From the human T2T-CHM13v2.0 reference genome, Homo sapiens, in NCBI RefSeq assembly GCF_009914755.1, contig NC_060940.1: a stretch of 64,000 bases of DNA. The stretch is one strand, 5' to 3'. The position numbers and the translations under genes were made by a program. Below the pieces are notes generated by a model. It made no database searches. It was not told the DNA's origin and was given only the letters and a program-made list of their open reading frames with translations. Every line of letters starts with the position of its first letter. The first letter of the stretch is position 1. This document shows, piece after piece, positions 1 through 13,149 of this stretch.

Positions 1-2033
1 ACACTATGTTGAATAGGAGTGGTGACAGAGGGCATCCTTGTCTTGTGCTGGTTTTCAAAGGGAATGCTTCCAGTTTTTGTCCATTCATTATGATATTGGC
101 TGTGGGTTTGTCATAAATAGCTCTTATTATTTTGGGATACGTTCCATCAATACCTAGTTTATTGAGAGTTTTTAGCATGAAGAGCTGTTGAATTTTGTCA
201 AAGGCCTTTTCTGCGTCTATTGAGATAATCATGTGTTTTTTGTCATTGGTTCTGTTTATGTGATGGATTACTTTTATTGATTTGCATATATTGAACCAGT
301 CTTGCATCCCAAGGATGAAAGTGACTTGATCGTGGTGGATAAGGTTTTTGATGTGCTGCTGGATTCAGTTTGCCAGTATTTTATTGAGGATTTTCGCATT
401 GATATTCGTCAGGGATATTGGTCTAAAATTCCCTTTTTTTGTTGTGTCTCCTCCAGGCTTTGGTGTCAGGATGATGCTAGCCTCATAAAAAGAGTTAGGG
501 AGGATTCCCTCTTTTTCTACTGATTGAAATAGTTTCAGAAGGAATGGTACCAGCTCCTCTTTGTACCTCTGGTAGAATTTGGCTGTGAATCCATCTGATC
601 CTGGACTTTTTTTGGTTGGTAGGCTATTAATTATTGCCTCAATTTCAGAGCCTGTTGTTGGTCTATTCAGAGATTCAACTTCTTCCTGTTTTAGTCTTGG
701 GAGGGTGTATGTGTCCAGGAATTTATCCATTTCTTCTAGATTTTCTAGTTTATTTGTGCAGAGGTGTTTATAGTATTCTCTGATGGTAGTTTGTGTTTCT
801 GTGGGATCGATGGTGATATCCCCTTTATCATTTTTTATTGCATCTATTTGATTCTTCTCTCTTTTCTTCTTTATTAGTCTTGCTAGCAGTCTATCAATTT
901 TGTTGATCTTTTCAAAAAACCGGCTCCTGGATTCAATGATTTTTTTGAAGGGTTTTTTGTGTCTCTGTCTCCTTCAGTTCTGCTCTGATCTTAGTTATTT
1001 CTTGCCTTCTGCTAGCTTTTGAATGTGTTTGCCCTGCTTCTCTAGTTCTTTTAATTGTGATGTTAGGATGTCAATTTTAGATCTTTCCTGCTTTCTCTTG
1101 TGGGCATTTAGTGCTATAAATTTCCCTCTACCCTCTGCCTTAAATGTGTCCCAGAGATTCTTGTACACTGTGTCTTTGTTCTCATTGGTTTTAAAGAACA
1201 TCTTTATTTCTGCCTTCATTTCATTATTTACCCAGTAGTCATTCAGGAGCAGGTTCTTCAGTTTCCATGCAGTTGGGTGGTTTTGAGTGAATTTCTTAAT
1301 CCTGAGTTCTAATTTGATTGTGCTGTGGTCTGAGAGACAGTTTGTTGTGACTTCTGTTCTTTTACATTTGCTGAGGAGTGCTTTACTTCCAACTATGTGG
1401 TCAATTTTAGAATAAGTGTGATGTGGTGCTGAGAATGTATCTTCTGTTGATTTGGGGTGTAGAGTTCTGTAGATATCTATTAGGCCTTCTTGGTCCAGAG
1501 CTGAGTTCAAGTCCTAGATATCCTTGTTAATCTTCTGTCTCATTGATCTGTCTAATATTGACAGTGGGGTGTTAAAATCTCTCATTATTACTGTCTGGGA
1601 GTCTAAGTCTCTTTTTAGGTCTCTAAGGACTTGCTTTATGAATCTGGGTCCTCCTGTATTGGGTGCATATATATGTAGGATAGTTAACTCTTCTTGTTGA
1701 ATTGATCCTTTTACCATTATGTAGTGGTCTTCCTTGTCTCTTTTGATCTTCGTTGGTTTAAAGTCTGTTTTATCAGAGACTAGAATCACAACCCCTGGTT
1801 TGTTGTTGTTGTTGTTGTTGTTGTTGTTGCTTTCTATTTGCTTGGTAGATCTTCCTGCATTCCTTTATTTTGAGCCTATGCGTGTGTTTGCATGTGAGAT
1901 GGGTCTCCTGAATATAGCATACTGATGAGTCTTGACTCTTTATCCAATTTGCCAGTCTGTGTCTTTTAATTGGGGCATTTAGCCCATTTACATTTAAGGT
2001 TAATATTGTTATGTGTGAATTTGATCCTGTCGT
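1..2033 (-). pseudogene. Disrupted L1 ORF2 (endonuclease/Z region)
   Basis: Fragmented ORFs 365-730, 995-1510 and 1514-1789. The start codon reads ACG at 2033. Confidence 0.9.
1800..1829. repeat. (TTG)10 microsatellite inside L1 ORF2
   Basis: Read directly from the sequence. Confidence 0.95.
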
Positions 2034-2096
2034 TATGATGTTAGCTGGTTATTTTGCCCATTAGTTTATGCAGTTTCTTCATAGCTTGGATATTCT

Positions 2097-3123
2097 TTAC
2101 CATTTGGCATGTTTTTGCAGTGGCTGGTACCGGTTGTTCCTTTCCATGTTTAGCACTTCCTTCAGGAGTTCTTGTAAGGCCGGTCTGGTAGTGACAAAAT
2201 CTCTCAGCATTTGCTTGTCTGTAAAGGATTTTATTTCTCCTTCATTTATGAAGCTTAGTTTGACTGGATATGAAATTCTGAGTTGCAAATTCTTTTCTTT
2301 AAGAATGTTGAATATTAGCCCCCACTCTCTTCTGGCTTGTATGGTTTCTGCCAAGAGATCTGCTGTTAGTCTGATGGGCTTCCCTTTGTGGGTAACCTGA
2401 CCTTTCTCTCTGGCTGCCCTTAACGTTTTTTCCTTCATTTCAACTTTAGTGAATCTGACAATTGTGTGTCTTGGGGTTGCTCTACTCGAGGAATATCTTT
2501 GTGGTGTTCTCTGTATTTCCTGAATTTGAATGTTGGCTTGCCTTGGTAGGTTGGGGAAATTCTCCTGGATAGTGTCCTGAATAGCATTTTCTACACTGTG
2601 TTCCATTCTCCCTGTCACTGTCCAGTATACCAATCAAACGTAGATTTGGTCTTTTCACATAGTCCCATATTTCTTGGAGGCTTTGTTCGTTTCTTTTCAC
2701 TCTTTTTTCTCTAATCTTGTCTACTTGCTTTATTTCATTAATATGATCTTCAATCACTGATATCCTTTCTTCCACTTGATTGAATCAGCTATTGAAGCTT
2801 GTGCTTGCATCAAGAAGTTCTCATGCCATGGTTTTCAGCTCCATCATGTCGTTTAAAGTCTTCTCTACAGTGTTTATTCTAGTTAGCCATTCGTCTAACC
2901 TTTTTTCGAAGTTTTTCTCTTCGTTGCAATGGGTTCAAACATCCTCCTTTAGTTTGGAGAAGTTTGTTATTACCGACCTTCTGAAGCCTACTTCTCTCAA
3001 CTCATCAAAGTCATTCTCCATCCCGTCTTGTTCTCTTGTTGGCGAGGAGATGCAATCCTTTGAAGGAGAAGTGACGCTCTGGTTTTTGGAATTTTCAGCT
3101 TTTCTGCTCTGGTTTCTTCCCAT
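2097..3123 (-). pseudogene. Disrupted L1 ORF1
   Basis: Split across three ORFs (2935-3123, 2482-2775, 2097-2633). Confidence 0.9.
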
Positions 3124-3737
3124 CTTTGTGGTTTTTTATCTACTTTTGTTCTTTGATGTTGCTGACCTACAGATGGGGTTTTGGTGTGGGTGTCCTTTTT
3201 GTTGATGTTGATGCTATTCCTTTCTGTTTGTTAGTTTTCCTTCTAACAGTCAGGTCCCTCAGCTGCAGGTCTGTTGGAGTTTGCTGGAGGTCCACTCCAG
3301 ACCCTGTTTGCCTAAGTATCACCAGCGAAGGCTGCAGAACAGCTAGTATTGCTGTCTGATCCTTCCTCTGGAAGCTTCATCCTGGAGGGGCACCCACCTG
3401 TTTCAGTTGTCTGTCGGCCCATACTGGGAGGTGTTTCCCAGTCAGGCTACACAGGGGTCAGGGGCCCACTTGAGGAGGCAGTCTGTCCATTCTTGGAGCT
3501 GGAATGCTGTGCTGAGAGAACCACTGCTCTCTTTAGTGCTGTCAGACAGGGAAGTTTAAGTCTGCAGAAGCTGTCTGTTGCCTTTTGTTCTACTATGCCC
3601 TGCCCCCAGAGGTGGAATCTATAGTGGCAGTAGGCCTTGCTGAGCTGGGATGGGCTCCACCCAGTTCTTGCTTCCAGGCCTCTTTGTTTACACTGTGAGC
3701 TACTCAAGCCTCAGCAATGGAGGACGCCCTTCCCCCT

Positions 3738-5700
3738 ATTTCAATAGATATTTAAAAAGCATTCAAGAAAATTGAACATCACTTAATGAAAAAAACTCTC
3801 AAAAAATTGGTGAAGAAACATACTTCAACTTGATAAGGACCATGTATGACAAATCCACAGTTAATATCATACTGAATGGGGAAAAATTGAAAGCCTTTCC
3901 ACTAAGATCTGGAACAAGACAAGAATGCCTACTTTCATCACTTTTATTCAACATTGTACTGAAAGTCCTAGCTAGAGTAATTAGACAAGATTAAAAAAAG
4001 TAAAGGGCATCCAAACTGGAATGAAGTCAAATTGTACTTGTTTACAGATGAAACAAACTTATATTTAGAAAAACCTAAACACTCGACTCAGAAACTACTA
4101 GAACTGATTAAGGAATTCTACAAGCTATAGGATACAAAATAAAGCTGGAGATATCACACTATCTGACTTAAAATTATACTATAAATCTATAGTAACCAAA
4201 ACAGCATGTACTGGTACAAAAACAGACCCATAGACCATTGGAACAGAATAGAGAACCCAGAAATAAATCCACACACTTAGGGCAACTTATTTTTGACAAA
4301 GACATCAAGAACATACATTGGGAGAAAGGATAATCTCTAATAAATAGTGCTGAGAAAACTGGATATCTGTATGTAGAAGAATGAAACTGGATCTCCATCT
4401 TTTACCACAAAGAAGAATCAACTCAAAATGGATTAAAGACTTAAATGTAAGACGTGAAACTATGAAACCACTAAAAGAAAACACTGGGGAAACACTACAG
4501 GACATTGATCTGGGCAAAGAGATTTTGAGTAAGACCTCAAAAGCACAGGCAACAAAGGCAAAAATATACAAATGGGATTACATCAAGCCAAAAAGCTTCT
4601 GCACAGCAAAGGAAATGGTAAAAGAAGTAAAGGGATAACCTGAAGAATGGGAGAAAATATTTGCAAACTCTCCATCCAACAAGGGATTAATATCTAGAAT
4701 ATAAAGGAAACTCAAATGACTCGATACCAAAAAACAAACAATCTGGTTTTAAAAATGGATTAAATACCTGAATCGACATTTCTCAAAACAAGAAATACAA
4801 ATGGCCAGTAGATATATGAAAAATGGCCAACATCACTAATCATCAGGGAAAGCAAATCAAAACCACAATGAGATACCATCTCACTCAGTTAGAATGACTG
4901 TTATCAAAAAGACAAAAAATAACAAATGCTGGCGGGGATGTGGAGAAAAGGGAACATGCATACACTGTTGGGGAGGAAAGTAGTACACAGTTATGGGAAA
5001 AGTATGGAGGTTCCTAAAAAAACTAAAAATAAAACTACTATATGATCCAGCAATTCCACTGCTAAGTATATAACCAAAAGAAAGGCAATCAGTATCTGAA
5101 AGCAATATCTTCACTCCCATATTTATTGCCTCATTATTCACAATACCCAAGATAAGGAACCAATCTAAGTGTCCCTTAATGAATAAATTCATAAAGAAAA
5201 TGTACCTATACAGAATGGAATATTATTTGACCATAAAAAATGAAACCTTATCATTTAAAGCAACATAGATGGAACTGGAGGTCATTATGGTAAGAGAAAC
5301 AAGCCAGGCACAGAAAGACAAACATCATGTGTTTTACTCATATGGGAGAGCTTAGAAGGTGGATGTCATGGAAGGAAAGGATAGAATGGTGGTCACCAAA
5401 GGCTGGGAAGGGAAAAGGAAAGGGAGGTACGAAGATAAATGGATTAAGGGGTAAAAATATACAGTTAGATAAAAGAAATAAGTTCTCGTATTCACTAGTA
5501 TAGTAGGGAAATTATAGTTAACAATAATTCATTGAGAAGAATTCTAACATTTCCAACACAAAGAAAAGGTAAATGTTTGAGGTGATGTATATCCCAATGA
5601 TACTAATTTGATTATTACACATTGTATAAAGGTATCAAAATATCACACATACCCCTAAAATATGTACTACTATAATATAGCAACAAAACATTAAAAAAAA
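3738..5700 (+). mobile_element. Older L1 (L1MA-type) 3' part with poly(A) remnant and an internal deletion near 4140
   Basis: ORF2 remnants ([19 protein letters not shown]). L1MA-type 3'UTR ending in an A-run at about 5693-5701. Confidence 0.85.
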
Positions 5701-6142
5701 AGAATACAAGAAGAAGAAGACCCATTTTCGTGGAGGGAATCAGATAATAAAACAGGACACATAGTAGGCAAGTTGGTGATATGTGATTTGGAGGAAAATA
5801 AAACAATGGAGTCTTAGAAGAGAGTCACAATTTAAATAGGGAGGTCAGATAAGGCCTTACAACTCAGTTGATCTCTGAGAAAAGGAGAGAGGGAAGGAGC
5901 CATCTTGGTTTCTGGGGGCAGAGTACCTGGTTGGAGGAAATAGCAACTGTGCAGAGCCTGTAGTGGGAACCTGCCTAGATTATTTGAGGTCTTTGTGGCT
6001 GGAAGGGAGTTAGTTAGGGGAAGGGCAGGGGGACTAGAATGTATTGTTTTATGGGCCATTGTGGGAACCTTGGCTTTTACTCTTAAGGAAATGAGGATTT
6101 TGAACAGAGTTGTGACATACTATGGCTTGTGGTTTAGCAGAA

Positions 6143-6937
6143 GGTGATATAAAAAATACATGTGGTCTTCATCTCCAGTTTCTGGCACAGAATTCCTAAA
6201 ACCTTTGGAATTTGCTGAGTGATGGGAGTGTTTTTTGTATGTAAACAAGATGATTCAAGGGGTGGGAAAGCCCTAGAGAGTTTCAGGGTGGGGCTGGTCA
6301 CCAGAATAACAAACCCTTGCTTAGAGGGTTAGAACTTCCAGACTTACCTCCTAGCTCTAGGGAGAGGAATGGGACTGCAGATGGAGTTCATTCTCCAGTG
6401 GCCAATGATTTAATCAAAACTGCCTATGGAATAAAAGCTCCATTAAAACTCTGAAACTACTAGAGTAGGTGAGCTTCCAGGTGGATGAACATATTGATGT
6501 GCTGGGAAGTTCAACTGCCTGGAGAAGGCACAGAAATTCTGCACACCCCACCCTCAATCTTCCAATGCCTTCACCTGTGCATCTCTTCCCTTTGGCTGTT
6601 CCTGAGTTGTAGCCTTTGTAACAAAACTGTAATGGTAAGAATAGCACTTTCCTTAGTTCTGTGAATCACCCTAGTGAATTATCAAACTGAAGGAGAGAGA
6701 GCAGTCGTGGGAACTCTTGAATTAGTAGTTGGCCAGGAAGAAGTGCAGGTAGCCTGGGGACCCCATTTGTGGCTGGGCCCTGAAGTACAGGCAGTCTTGT
6801 GGGACTTGTAGAACCCTTAACTTGTGGAGGTCTGTGCTAACTCTGGGTAGTTAGTGTCAGAAATGAATTGAATTATAGGAAACTCAGTTGGTATCAGAGA
6901 ACTAGAGAATTGGTTATTGGAAAAGAGACAAAACACC
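6143..6937 (+). mobile_element. MER21-family solo LTR
   Basis: tctggcacagaattcctaaaacctttggaattt... and tagttagtgtcagaaatgaattgaatt resemble the MER21 consensus. Confidence 0.75.
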
Positions 6938-7065
6938 GAATGACTCTGACTCTTGTGTGGAGGGTAGTAGGAAGGGGACCAACAGCAGAAGAGTCAGGGA
7001 GACAAACCAGCCACCTAATGTAAGTAACTGGGAGAGACAGCAGCAGTCATGATAAGACATACTTG

Positions 7066-7518
7066 TGATGCAGTGTGGGCAAGCCCCAAATTTGGGGCTT
7101 AGCCAGGGAGAGTTCTTGGCTTCACCCAGGAAATAATTCAAGGGTGAGGTGGTGGTGGTAGCAGCTGTTATTGAAGTGGCAGTGTATGGCCGCAGCAGAG
7201 GTCCTGCTCCTTGCAGAGCAGGGCTACCCCATAAGGCAGTGCGCCCAGAGCAGCGGCTCAGGGGCAGTTCTGCAGTCACATTTATAACCACTTTTAATTA
7301 TATGCAAATTAAGGGATGGAGTATTCAGAAATTTCTAGTAAGGGGCAGTAACTTCTCGTGTTGCCATGGAAAGGGGTGGTAAATCTTAGGCGTTGCCATG
7401 GCAATGGTAAACTGACATGGAACACTGGTGGGGTGTCTTATGGAAAGCTGCTTTCCATAAGACCCTGTCTTAACTAGTCCTCAATTTGGTCCAGTGTCTG
7501 AGCCTTCCTCCTACCTCA
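7066..7518 (-). mobile_element. ERV1 solo LTR, MER66-like
   Basis: TG...CA ends, 4-bp TSD CTTG (7062-7065 and 7519-7522), and the minus strand starts tgaggtaggagg. Confidence 0.75.
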
Positions 7519-7727
7519 CTTGGATTATGGATGTATTTTGAAGAGAAAATCACTGTGATTTGCTTATGGGTTTCATCTGGGATGGGAGAGAAAGAGGAAT
7601 TGAGACTGATTCAAGGAATTGGGCATGTGGAAATACAATGTAACTCTCAATGCCCCAGTGAAGGAAGTGTCTCTGGAGCCCTCTGGAAACATATTGTTAA
7701 GGGCTGGGTTAGCAGGTCACACAAGAT

Positions 7728-8161
7728 TGTCAAAAGACAAAATTACAACAAATTCAGTTTGAAGATCTTAATTGGTTTTTATCTGCAATTCTAGAATAAG
7801 GCAACAACTCATAAAACAAAATGAGTGTTCCGTTGAGCCAAGCAAAGGAGGTTGGTTTTATAGACAGTAAAGGGCTGAGGAAAGCAGAAACAGAACAAAA
7901 AATGGGTTGGTTGTTTCAAAGTTACTTTTCTTCTAAAGCAGAAAGAACTTTTTAAAATTATGCTGGCTTAAACTGGCCTGTTTGGAGATTTGGTTATTCT
8001 CTCTCTCTCCTGATTTCTTGGAAAGTTAGATTAACAGCTTAATTTCAGCTTGGTGGTATGGAACTTCAGCAAGAGTGACTTCAGTTTGATTTGGTTTGTT
8101 GGGCCTGGTGCAAAAGTTCAGTTCAAACAAATAAATAGCCTCCTCTAAATCTTATTTAGCA
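7728..8161 (-). mobile_element. ERV1 solo LTR, MER93-like
   Basis: TG...CA ends. The minus strand gaagttccataccaccaagctgaaatt... gaaatcaggagagagag resembles MER93. Confidence 0.65.
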
Positions 8162-9532
8162 TAATAAATCCCTTCCAACACTCCCATCCTCCTATGCCTG
8201 TGAATTTCTTCTCCTATATTGTACCAAGGAATTTCTGGCATTTACACTACATTCAGTGTAAGTCACCATTTAGTCCACTCTCACTCAACCAAATAAGCCA
8301 CAGTTAGAACCATAGCTGTCTCCAGCACACTGAATCCAGAGAGTCTAGTAAGTGCATTCACATTGATGGATGCAGATGGAACTACAACTGCTTCTGCCTC
8401 CTGTGCACATTCTTCTGGCAAGTTATCTGGTGGCTTCTTGCTCCTGCAACCCACCTCCTCCAGGAAATGTTCCCTGAGTCATTGCCAGCACAGTGACAAG
8501 CTCCCCAGAGAGGCAGCCCACTCGTGAGCCCAGCTCACTTATCTCATCTTCCTGCGTTGGGGAGGAAACTGCCTCCAGAGACCGGAATTCCTGGGGCCTG
8601 CAGGGATACCCCCGATGCTGCAGGGGGAGGGACGGAGCTCCCAGGCCCCTTCCTACCAGAACGTTCTACAACCCCCATATAAATTCTTAGAACCCAGAGT
8701 TCCACGGAGCATGAAACAGTCATCTGCTTTCACTTTCATGTTATTGAAATCATGTGACATCACAAGGTCACAGGGCTGGACCAAGAAGGGAACAAGACTT
8801 GGATCTCCTTCCAAGGTGTGCAAGAGGGCCATGTTGTAACATATTAACAGTATCTTTCATAAAAGAGGGGAGACAGCCAGTGGTGATGAAGAGAGATTTT
8901 TTTTTTAAGTTTTCAATTAAGGAACTTGAAATTCTGAACATTTACATGTGAAATTCAGCTGCAGCATATCTGGATATAAATAATACATTGAAATTTATGT
9001 AGTTAAGCTTTACAGGAGTCGGACAAGCTCTGAAAGGATTTGCATTTCATTCCGTTTTTTAAAAAATGTGTTAACTAAAAATAAAATAATTTCAGGCATA
9101 TAAAGTAACTAAGTCAGTAAGGAGAATTTGCAATAGAAAATGAGTCACATTTAATTCAGTGCCTGTGTCTTAAACCATTCATGGGATTAATTTACAGGAT
9201 AAAGTCACCCTGGGGGTGGGAGAGGGAGGAGGCTGCTCTGAATTATAAGCCAGGACATTGGTTCTGGCCTCCGGATTGGTTCCATCTTATTCTTCCCTGC
9301 TCTTCTTAGAACTAGCTCTCCTTTTTGTTTAAACAATGCCTGGTAAATATTTCTGCAGCTGGAGAGGTCGCAGGTGTGGCAAAGAAGGACAGGAGGTGAG
9401 AGGAGAGGAATAGATGGGGAGACCCATAGGCTGGGCTCTCTCCACATTCATCTTTTCCTTGATCCATCGCTTAGGGCTGCTTTTCTCCTGAGTGTTCAAT
9501 TCCGAGCAGGCATTCAACAGCCTTTTGGTGAT

Positions 9533-9873
9533 TATATGAGTCTCCTGAGAGGCTATAACAAAGCATGACAAACTGGGGGCTTCAACGAAGGAAAATTTAT
9601 TTGTTACAGTTCTGGAGGCCGAATTCCAAGAGCAAGGTGCAAGCTGATTCAGTGCCTGGTGAGGGTCTGTTTCCTGGTTCATAGATGGCCCCTTCTTACT
9701 GTGTCTTCCCATGACAGAAGGGGCTAGGTAGGCTCTCTAGGGTCTCTTTTTAAAGAGCACTAATCCCAGTCATGACCTGATCACTTCCCAAAGGCCGCTA
9801 ATACAATCACTTTGGGGGTTAACTTTCAACATATGAATTTTGAGTTGGGGGCACAGACGTTCAGACCATGGCA
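9533..9873 (-). mobile_element. MLT1A-type MaLR solo LTR
   Basis: ataacaaa...aaactggg...ttacagttctggagg...atagatggcc...ttcagaccatggca. Confidence 0.8.
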
Positions 9874-9974
9874 GTAGGTTTTCAGTTCTCCTGAGACTGT
9901 GCTGAAGAGTGGAATTTCTGGGTTGTATGGTAACTCTGTGGTTCATGTTTTGAGGAACCACTCCTTTTTTTTTT

Positions 9975-10110
9975 TCTCATTTAACATGTAAGGAAATGGA
10001 GGCTTGGATAGTTTAGGTCAACTGGCAAATGCAGCTAGTAAGCCAAACTGCTGGGAGTCCAGGCCAGCAGTTTTCACCCGGACCCCGTGCACGGAACTCC
10101 TCCATCACAC
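9975..10110 (-). mobile_element. MIR fragment
   Basis: aaggaaatggaggc...cagctagtaag core motif. Confidence 0.5.
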
Positions 10111-10389
10111 TGACTTGCCGTGCATCCGGAAGGACTGGAAGTTATTTTGGTGAATGGGGGCAGGAAGGACTCCTGGGAAGATGTGTTACATCCTAGAAGT
10201 ATGGGAGGACTTTTTGCATTTATGTGGGAGGAGAACAACTAGACCATGCATTTTGTGGGATGAACTGACAGAACAGAGGTTGAAGGAGCTGTTCCTTGAA
10301 GGGCCTTGCATACCATGCTCAGGAATTGAATGCAGAAAGATTTTAAGCAGAAGCGTAAGTATGAAAAATATATGCATGTAAAAGAAAAA

Positions 10390-10870
10390 TGAAACCCAAC
10401 CTCATATGAAAAGGCAAACACAGAGGAAAAAATATTTGCAGCCACATGACATTGGGTTAATAGCTTTGTTATATAAAGGACTCTTAAAACTGATGATGAA
10501 AACATTTAAACCTAACTAGATAAATGGGCAAAGGACATGAACAGATGATTCACAAAATAAGAAATGCAAAGCAGTAAACAAACATATGGAAACATGTTCA
10601 ACTTCTAGTATAATCAAAGACATGCAAATTTAAACAACAGTAAGGGAAGCAATTCTTTGCCTATCAGATTAGCAAATGTTTGTCAAAATGATAATAGTCG
10701 ATTCTGGCAAGAGGGAGCTATAAGAGAGGAATTCCCGCGCATCCTTGGTATGTTCAAATCCCGGATGCCAAATGCTCCCTTCCTCGTAGCTCTGTAATTC
10801 TGATCTGGCAATTAGTTCCCTCAGAAGCTCCATCTACATACTGTTTACAATAAAGACAAAAATTAGAAAC
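10390..10870 (+). mobile_element. Ancient L1 (L1ME/MC-like) ORF2-end fragment
   Basis: aaatgggcaaaggacatgaacaga...aaacatatgg...atgcaaatttaaacaaca. Confidence 0.7.
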
Positions 10871-11020
10871 AAGAAGGCAGAGGGTGTAGGAGACCAAAGT
10901 TCAGCGCATCATCTACATGTGAACGTCAGGGGGGTCACTCTAGCCCTGACATCTCAAGGAGCTCCAGAACTATGCAAGTAAAACTTTATTGTTTTATCCA
11001 AACTTGCTTTGCCACACTGA

Positions 11021-11396
11021 TTTTTTCTTTCTTTCCAACTTTTAGTTTAGGTTCAAGGGGTACAAGTGCAGGTTTGTTATGTGGATAAATTGCATGGAGT
11101 GGGGATTTGGTATACAGATCATTTTATTACCCCGATACTCAGCATAATACCCGATAGGTAGTTTTTCTATCCTCACCCTCCTCCCACCCTCCACCCCCAA
11201 ATAGGCCCTGGAGTCTGTTTCTCCTTCTTTATGTCCATGGATACTCAGTGTTTAGCTCCACTTATAAGTGAGAGCATGTGGTATTTGGATTTCTCTTCCT
11301 GCATTAATTCACTTAAGATAATGGCCTCCAGCTCCATCCATGTTGCTGCAAAGGACGTGATTTTATTCTTTTTTTTTTGTGGCTGTGTAGTATTCC
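11021..11396 (-). mobile_element. L1PA15/16-like 3' end, 5' truncated
   Basis: T-rich tail followed by gttcaaggggtacaagtgcaggtttg. ORF2 C-terminus (SFAATWMELEAIILSE). Confidence 0.85.
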
Positions 11397-11499
11397 GAAG
11401 ACCACTCCCATTCTTAAGTTTCCTTAACAGTATCACTGGCTGAATTGTAATCCATTTCTCTCCTCCTCTTTTCCTTCATTTAATCTATTCCCCTCAAAT

Positions 11500-12460
11500 T
11501 TTATAGTTATACCCCAGAAAGCCCCTTGAATCTGTTCTCTCACCTTCTTTCTAATTGCCATTGCTTTAAACCATCCCTTATTTTCTCACTCCTCAATTAT
11601 TTCCAGAGCCTCCTCTCACAGGCTGTATCTCCTGTCTCCTGTCCCAGGGGGTATGGAGTGAGAAGGAAGGGGAAGTATCAAGGAAGAGACACAATAAGGC
11701 CTTCAACAGTATCTGTATGCTTTTATTTCTTATTTTTAGAATATCTGAAGCAAATATCCCAAAAGGGTAGGATTTATTGAATCTATTATATTAACCAGAT
11801 ATTCAGTACATTCTCTAAATTTGGAGTATTTAATAACAAAATGTTTCGCATCTCTTGTCTGATCTCCTATTTGGAAATTCCCCTTTATTCTCTTTCTTCT
11901 TTCACAATTCCTTTAAATATTTTAATAATAAGTAAATCTGATTATGTCACCCTTGACTTGAAAATTTCCATTAGCTTAGCTTTCTGTTTCTTACAGAATA
12001 AAATCCAAACTCATTAGCTTGACACAACGGGCTCTTCATACCCTATACCCAAGCCATGCTACACTTTATAGTTCCCCAAACCCTAACCTAAATGACTCTA
12101 GCCCCTACCCCGCACCTCTGCACATACCCTGCCTAGCACATCCATTCTCCAGCTCCCCATCTGGCAGCTCTCAACCCACTTTTCAAAGTCAAGGTCAAGC
12201 ATCTCTTCCAGAAGAAAGCTTTCTCTGATGTTCTCAAAGCAGAGTTTGGTCATTCCTTTCTTTAGCTTCTCAAAAATATTTTGTTCATGACATTTATCAT
12301 TGCTTTTACCACACTGCTTTGAAATTTGTCTTCATTGTTTCCTGTAATAACAGATTGTGAGTTCTGCAAGGACAGGGCTGGTGTCCTATTCATCTTGCAA
12401 ATCCCAGGCTGAGTGCAGTGCCAAGAACATTGGGAGCCCTGTGAGTGCCATTAGAATGGA
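11500..12460 (+). mobile_element. L2 fragments, interrupted
   Basis: tctgattatgtcac, agaataaaatccaaactc, gattgtgagttctgcaaggacagggc. Confidence 0.6.
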
Positions 12461-12714
12461 GGAAAGAGGAGAAGCAGAGAGTCCGTGTGCACCAGAACAG
12501 GTTTTTCCCTCCTCAATGGAAATAAGAGTGCAGACCAAAGTTTGTGTAGACTCAGTTTGGATGGCAGGTAGAGCCAAGCCAGTGAACAGAGAGTACTGTT
12601 GGAAGAGAACCTATTCCAATGGCAGAAGGCAGGATGGAAATGTTGAAAGTTTGAGGGCATTCTGTGAGGGCAGACGTGCATCCTGGACCAATCAGGCATA
12701 CCCCTGGCCTTCAG

Positions 12715-13149
12715 TGATACAGAAAATGTGGTGGCTTGATGCTCAGATCTGCTTTAGATTTGAGGCATCTGTTCCCTTAGCTGCAGGGAGTGTGGCAACC
12801 AACCACTCTTGGTTGAGTAGCTTTGTAGGACTTGCCCTCAGCCCAAGAAAGCCACCTCATCTAAGTTCATGCCCCTTCCTGAGGTCAATGACTGGGCTGG
12901 CCAATGAGGGATGCAAAGGTCCAGCCTGCTTGCCTCCAGGCTGGGCAACTAAGGGTAACTCTAGCACCAGAGCTCCACATGGGATCATTTGAGGCTTTTT
13001 TGTTTCTGCAACAAAGTTCACCTTTTCCCCTTACCCATTTCTGCTTTCTTCACTGTCAAACAGGTGCTAATTCCTAAGTCACTCTTTAATAAACTTCTGG
13101 CATGAAAATCTCCATCTCAGTCTGTTTCCCAGAGAACTGACCTAAGACA
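12715..13149 (+). mobile_element. LTR16-family (ERVL) solo LTR
   Basis: Ends aataaac...ctccatctcagtctgtttcccagagaactgacctaagaca, which is typical of LTR16. Confidence 0.75.

Larger units (their letters stand above)
1..3737 (-). mobile_element. LINE-1, L1PA6/7-like; partial 5'UTR, ORF1 and ORF2 (EN to early RT); runs off the left edge of the window
   Basis: Minus-strand ORFs match ORF1p (MGRNQSRKAENSKNQ... RDFVTTRPALQELLKE) and ORF2p EN ([20 protein letters not shown]). The 5'UTR stops at about 3737, so the element is 5' truncated. Confidence 0.95.
5720..7640 (-). mobile_element. L2 fragment split by two LTR insertions (pieces about 5720-6142, 6938-7065, 7519-7640)
   Basis: L2-like motifs aggtcagataaggcc, gactctgactcttgtgtgg and gggagagaaagaggaattgag continue across the LTRs. 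Confidence 0.6.

Noticed and set aside
3700-3780. Head-to-head L1 junction as a twin-priming inversion
   Set aside because: The two sides are subfamilies of very different age. A younger L1 inserted into an older one explains it better.
12357-12992. 211-aa ORF as a gene
   Set aside because: Non-ATG start, spans an L2 end, unique DNA and LTR16, and has no recognisable domain.
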